Assembly: GCA_027053075.1 (NCBI GenBank)
Contig: JALUEE010000016.1
Span: 1-18,504 of the forward strand
Reading direction: 5' to 3'
Length of the DNA stretch: 18,504 nt
From: a candidate division WOR-3 bacterium
GTDB taxonomy: Bacteria; Hydrothermota; Hydrothermia; B15-G9; WFZT01
Shown here: positions 16,485-18,504 of the stretch, piece by piece
Layout of the letters: every line of letters starts with the position of its first letter
Numbering within the stretch: the stretch's first letter is position 1
Position numbers and translations under genes: made by a program
Notes under the pieces: generated by a model
Told to the model about the DNA's origin: nothing
Seen by the model: only the letters and a program-made list of their open reading frames with translations
Database searches by the model: none

Positions 16485-17760
16485 AGACCTCTGGAACTAC
16501 GTGGATAAAGAGGTTGTTTTGAAGGGGTGGATCCACAGGCTGCGGAAACTCGGTGGAATTAATTTTGCCATTTTAAGAGATAGGAGTGGCATAGTTCAGG
16601 TCGTGGACGAAATGAGATTGCTCCAGCGATTCAAGCACGAAAATGTTGTTGAAATCGTAGGGAAGGTCCAGAGGGAAAAGCGGGCTCCAGGTGGGATTGA
16701 AATCAGGCTCAAGGAAGTGAAGCTTCTTGGTGAGGTCTATTATGAAGGGCATCTGCCTGTGCAGATTTATTCGGACAGGAACGTTGATAGGCTGAAATTG
16801 GATACACTTTTGAAATACAGGGTGCTGACGCTCAGGAATCCCAAGCAAAGGGCTATTTTCAGGGTGCTCAACACTGTGGTTGATGGATTCAGGGAGTTTT
16901 TGAAGAAGGAAAAGTTCACAGAGATTCATACATCAAAGATTGTTGCCTCTTCCACAGAGGGTGGTGCTGACCTTTTCAGGGTTGATTATTTTGGCAGGAA
17001 GGCAAATCTTGCCCAGTCCCCTCAGTTTTACAAGCAAATAATGGTGGGAGTCTATGAAAGGGTCTTTGAGGTTGGATTTGTTTATCGAGCAGAGAAGCAC
17101 GATACTCCGAGGCATTTAAACGAATACCTGAGCCTTGATGTGGAAATGGGATTTATATCTGGTCTTGACGACCTCCTGCAACTCGAGACGCGACTCCTGA
17201 AGTATATCTTTGCAAAAGTCCGCGAGGAAAATGAAGAGGAATTAAAGCTGTTTGGTGCAAGTTTGCCTGATGTTGAGGAGATTCCGCGGATTACGCTGAA
17301 GGAAGCTACATCCATTTTAAAGAAGGAATTCGGGAAAGCTGTTATTGGTCTTGAGCTGGATGCTGAAGGTGAGAGGCTGATAACGGACTATGCGAGGAAT
17401 AAATTGGGCAAAGAGCTTATTTTTGTTACCCATTATCCATTGAGCAAACGTCCCATGTACACTTATCCAGACCCGGAAAATCCAGAGCTATCTCTTAGCT
17501 TTGATCTGATATTCAGGGGACTCGAGATAACAACAGGGGGGCAGAGGATACACGATTTCAAAATGCTTGTGGAGAAAATAAGGGAGCGAGGTTTAAATCC
17601 TGATGATTTTTCATACTATCTTGATGTTTTCAAATTTGGAATGCCACCACATGTGGGATTTGCTATAGGTGCAGAAAGACTCGTATCAAAGATTCTCGGT
17701 CTTCCAAACGTCAGAATGGCATCCCTCTTCCCCCGTGACCGCAACAGACTTGAGCCATAG
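16462..17760 (+). CDS. aspS: Non-discriminating aspartyl-tRNA synthetase (archaeal/AspRS2 type; Asp/Asn)
   Basis: ~432 aa without the bacterial GAD insertion; GWIHRLR, RDRSG, KRAPGGIE, LAQSPQFYKQ, YRAEKH...HLNEY, EITTGGQRIH, FPRDRNRL. Follows gatCAB. ATG 16462 lies downstream of GAGGAG. Confidence 0.93.
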   Translation: MPARVWIEDLWNYVDKEVVLKGWIHRLRKLGGINFAILRDRSGIVQVVDEMRLLQRFKHENVVEIVGKVQREKRAPGGIEIRLKEVKLLGEVYYEGHLPVQIYSDRNVDRLKLDTLLKYRVLTLRNPKQRAIFRVLNTVVDGFREFLKKEKFTEIHTSKIVASSTEGGADLFRVDYFGRKANLAQSPQFYKQIMVGVYERVFEVGFVYRAEKHDTPRHLNEYLSLDVEMGFISGLDDLLQLETRLLKYIFAKVREENEEELKLFGASLPDVEEIPRITLKEATSILKKEFGKAVIGLELDAEGERLITDYARNKLGKELIFVTHYPLSKRPMYTYPDPENPELSLSFDLIFRGLEITTGGQRIHDFKMLVEKIRERGLNPDDFSYYLDVFKFGMPPHVGFAIGAERLVSKILGLPNVRMASLFPRDRNRLEP

Positions 17761-17971
17761 GGGGTTAACGAGTTGCCAATGGGCAAGTTTATTCATTTCA
17801 CCTTTTACAAAATTTAGCAAAGAATTTATGCGGGGGGAGAAGGAAATTTTTGGTTTTGGACCGCAAAAATAAAATCCCACTCCGAAAGTCCAGGCTTTGT
17901 CTGATAGGTAGCTGTAGCCACTTTTTTCCCTACAGGCTCTGCCTGTGAGTCCACAATTACTCTAAAAAACC

Positions 17972-18055
17972 TCCCTCCCCCCCAGGCTTTGCCTGTGGGG
18001 GGGAGGGAATTAAAGGGAGGGGGCATTCCGCTTAAAAAATAAAAAAATTTAAGAT
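17972..18055. repeat. REP-like palindrome plus conserved tail, homologous to 8383-8458
   Basis: TCCCTCCCCCCCAGGC-TTT-GCCTGTGGGGGGGAGGGA followed by GGGAGGGGGCATTCCGCTT. Confidence 0.8.
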
Positions 18056-18074
18056 GTAGCCCTCACCCCACCCC

Positions 18075-18290
18075 CTGACATCACCCATGTTTTTGCTTTT
18101 CATGTATATTTATACAACGCAATCTGGGCGGGAAATTCAATTTTTCGCACTAAATCAACAATTTTTACCGGAAGGATATATTCGTTTATACCGTATAAAG
18201 AGAGTGTTCAAATATTGAGCGTAGTACACCTTTTTGTAGTCGTGGTAAGGGATGAGGTGTTATTTTCCAGAAATTCGTGGGTGACGTCAG
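18075..18290 (-). mobile_element. 216-bp MITE, copy 2 (inverted relative to copy 1)
   Basis: Same TIRs; perfect 10-bp TSD ACCCCACCCC at 18065-18074 and 18291-18300; one difference from copy 1 (18241 versus 4253). Confidence 0.93.
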
Positions 18291-18297
18291 ACCCCAC

Positions 18298-18322
18298 CCC
18301 TTTCCCACTTCGTGGGAGAGGG
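18298..18322. repeat. REP-like palindrome (target of MITE copy 2)
   Basis: CCCTTTCCCAC-TTC-GTGGGAGAGGG. The reconstructed empty site is GCCCTCACCCCACCCCTTTCCCACTTCGTGGGAGAGGGAGATT. Confidence 0.8.
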
Positions 18323-18491
18323 AGATTAGTTGATTTTGGATTAAAAATTTGATAGTTGTGGACATCTCGCTTGAGCCAGCATGAAAACTTTGTCAGAAAG
18401 CCCAAAATCCCCCTCCTCCTATAATGTTTGTTGTTATTTATTATGGTTATCACCCACAATATAGAGAAAAACTTTAGAGGAGGTGGAATGA

Positions 18492-18504
18492 GTGGTTTTT
18501 AGAT
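18492..18504 (+). CDS. Probable start of a gene running off the window
   Basis: Strong SD GGAGGT (18479-18484) 7 nt before GTG GTT TTT AGA. The nearer ATG (18488) stops after 4 codons. Confidence 0.35.

Noticed and set aside
17891..17996. CRISPR-like array
   Set aside because: The repeats are only 13 nt, three in number and unevenly spaced, and no cas genes are present.
17871..18416. Larger element bounded by AAAATCCC(A/C)CTCC direct repeats (17871-17883, 18404-18416)
   Set aside because: One mismatch, low complexity, and no convincing inverted ends just inside the repeats.
18452..18467. NrdR-box-like ACCCACAATATAGAG
   Set aside because: Single copy that deviates at conserved positions, and the downstream gene is unknown.

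Overview
Bacterial chromosomal window, mostly housekeeping and anaerobic metabolism. Gene order: 3' tail of a probable PcrA/UvrD helicase, LytR_C-domain protein, aldo/keto reductase, DUF3467-like protein, membrane GGDEF diguanylate cyclase (all +); a lone cytochrome b (-); DUF2079-like membrane protein; a 2-oxoacid:ferredoxin oxidoreductase locus where the ferredoxin (delta) subunit is fused in frame to the beta subunit, followed by gamma with no alpha gene, then ndk; a radical SAM/SPASM-type protein (-); class II ribonucleotide reductase nrdJ; and gatCAB plus an archaeal-type non-discriminating AspRS. The most unusual signal is intergenic and is a layered set of non-autonomous mobile elements. 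A 216-bp MITE occurs twice (4204-4419 and, inverted, 18075-18290; 215/216 identical). Each copy has its own perfect 10-bp target-site duplication and sits at the same position and orientation in a G/C-rich REP-like hairpin. Those hairpins lie inside larger elements with their own inverted ends and direct repeats (4133-4484 clearly, 8323-8602 probably). No transposase is encoded in the window. All assignments come from reading motifs by eye; no database search was run.
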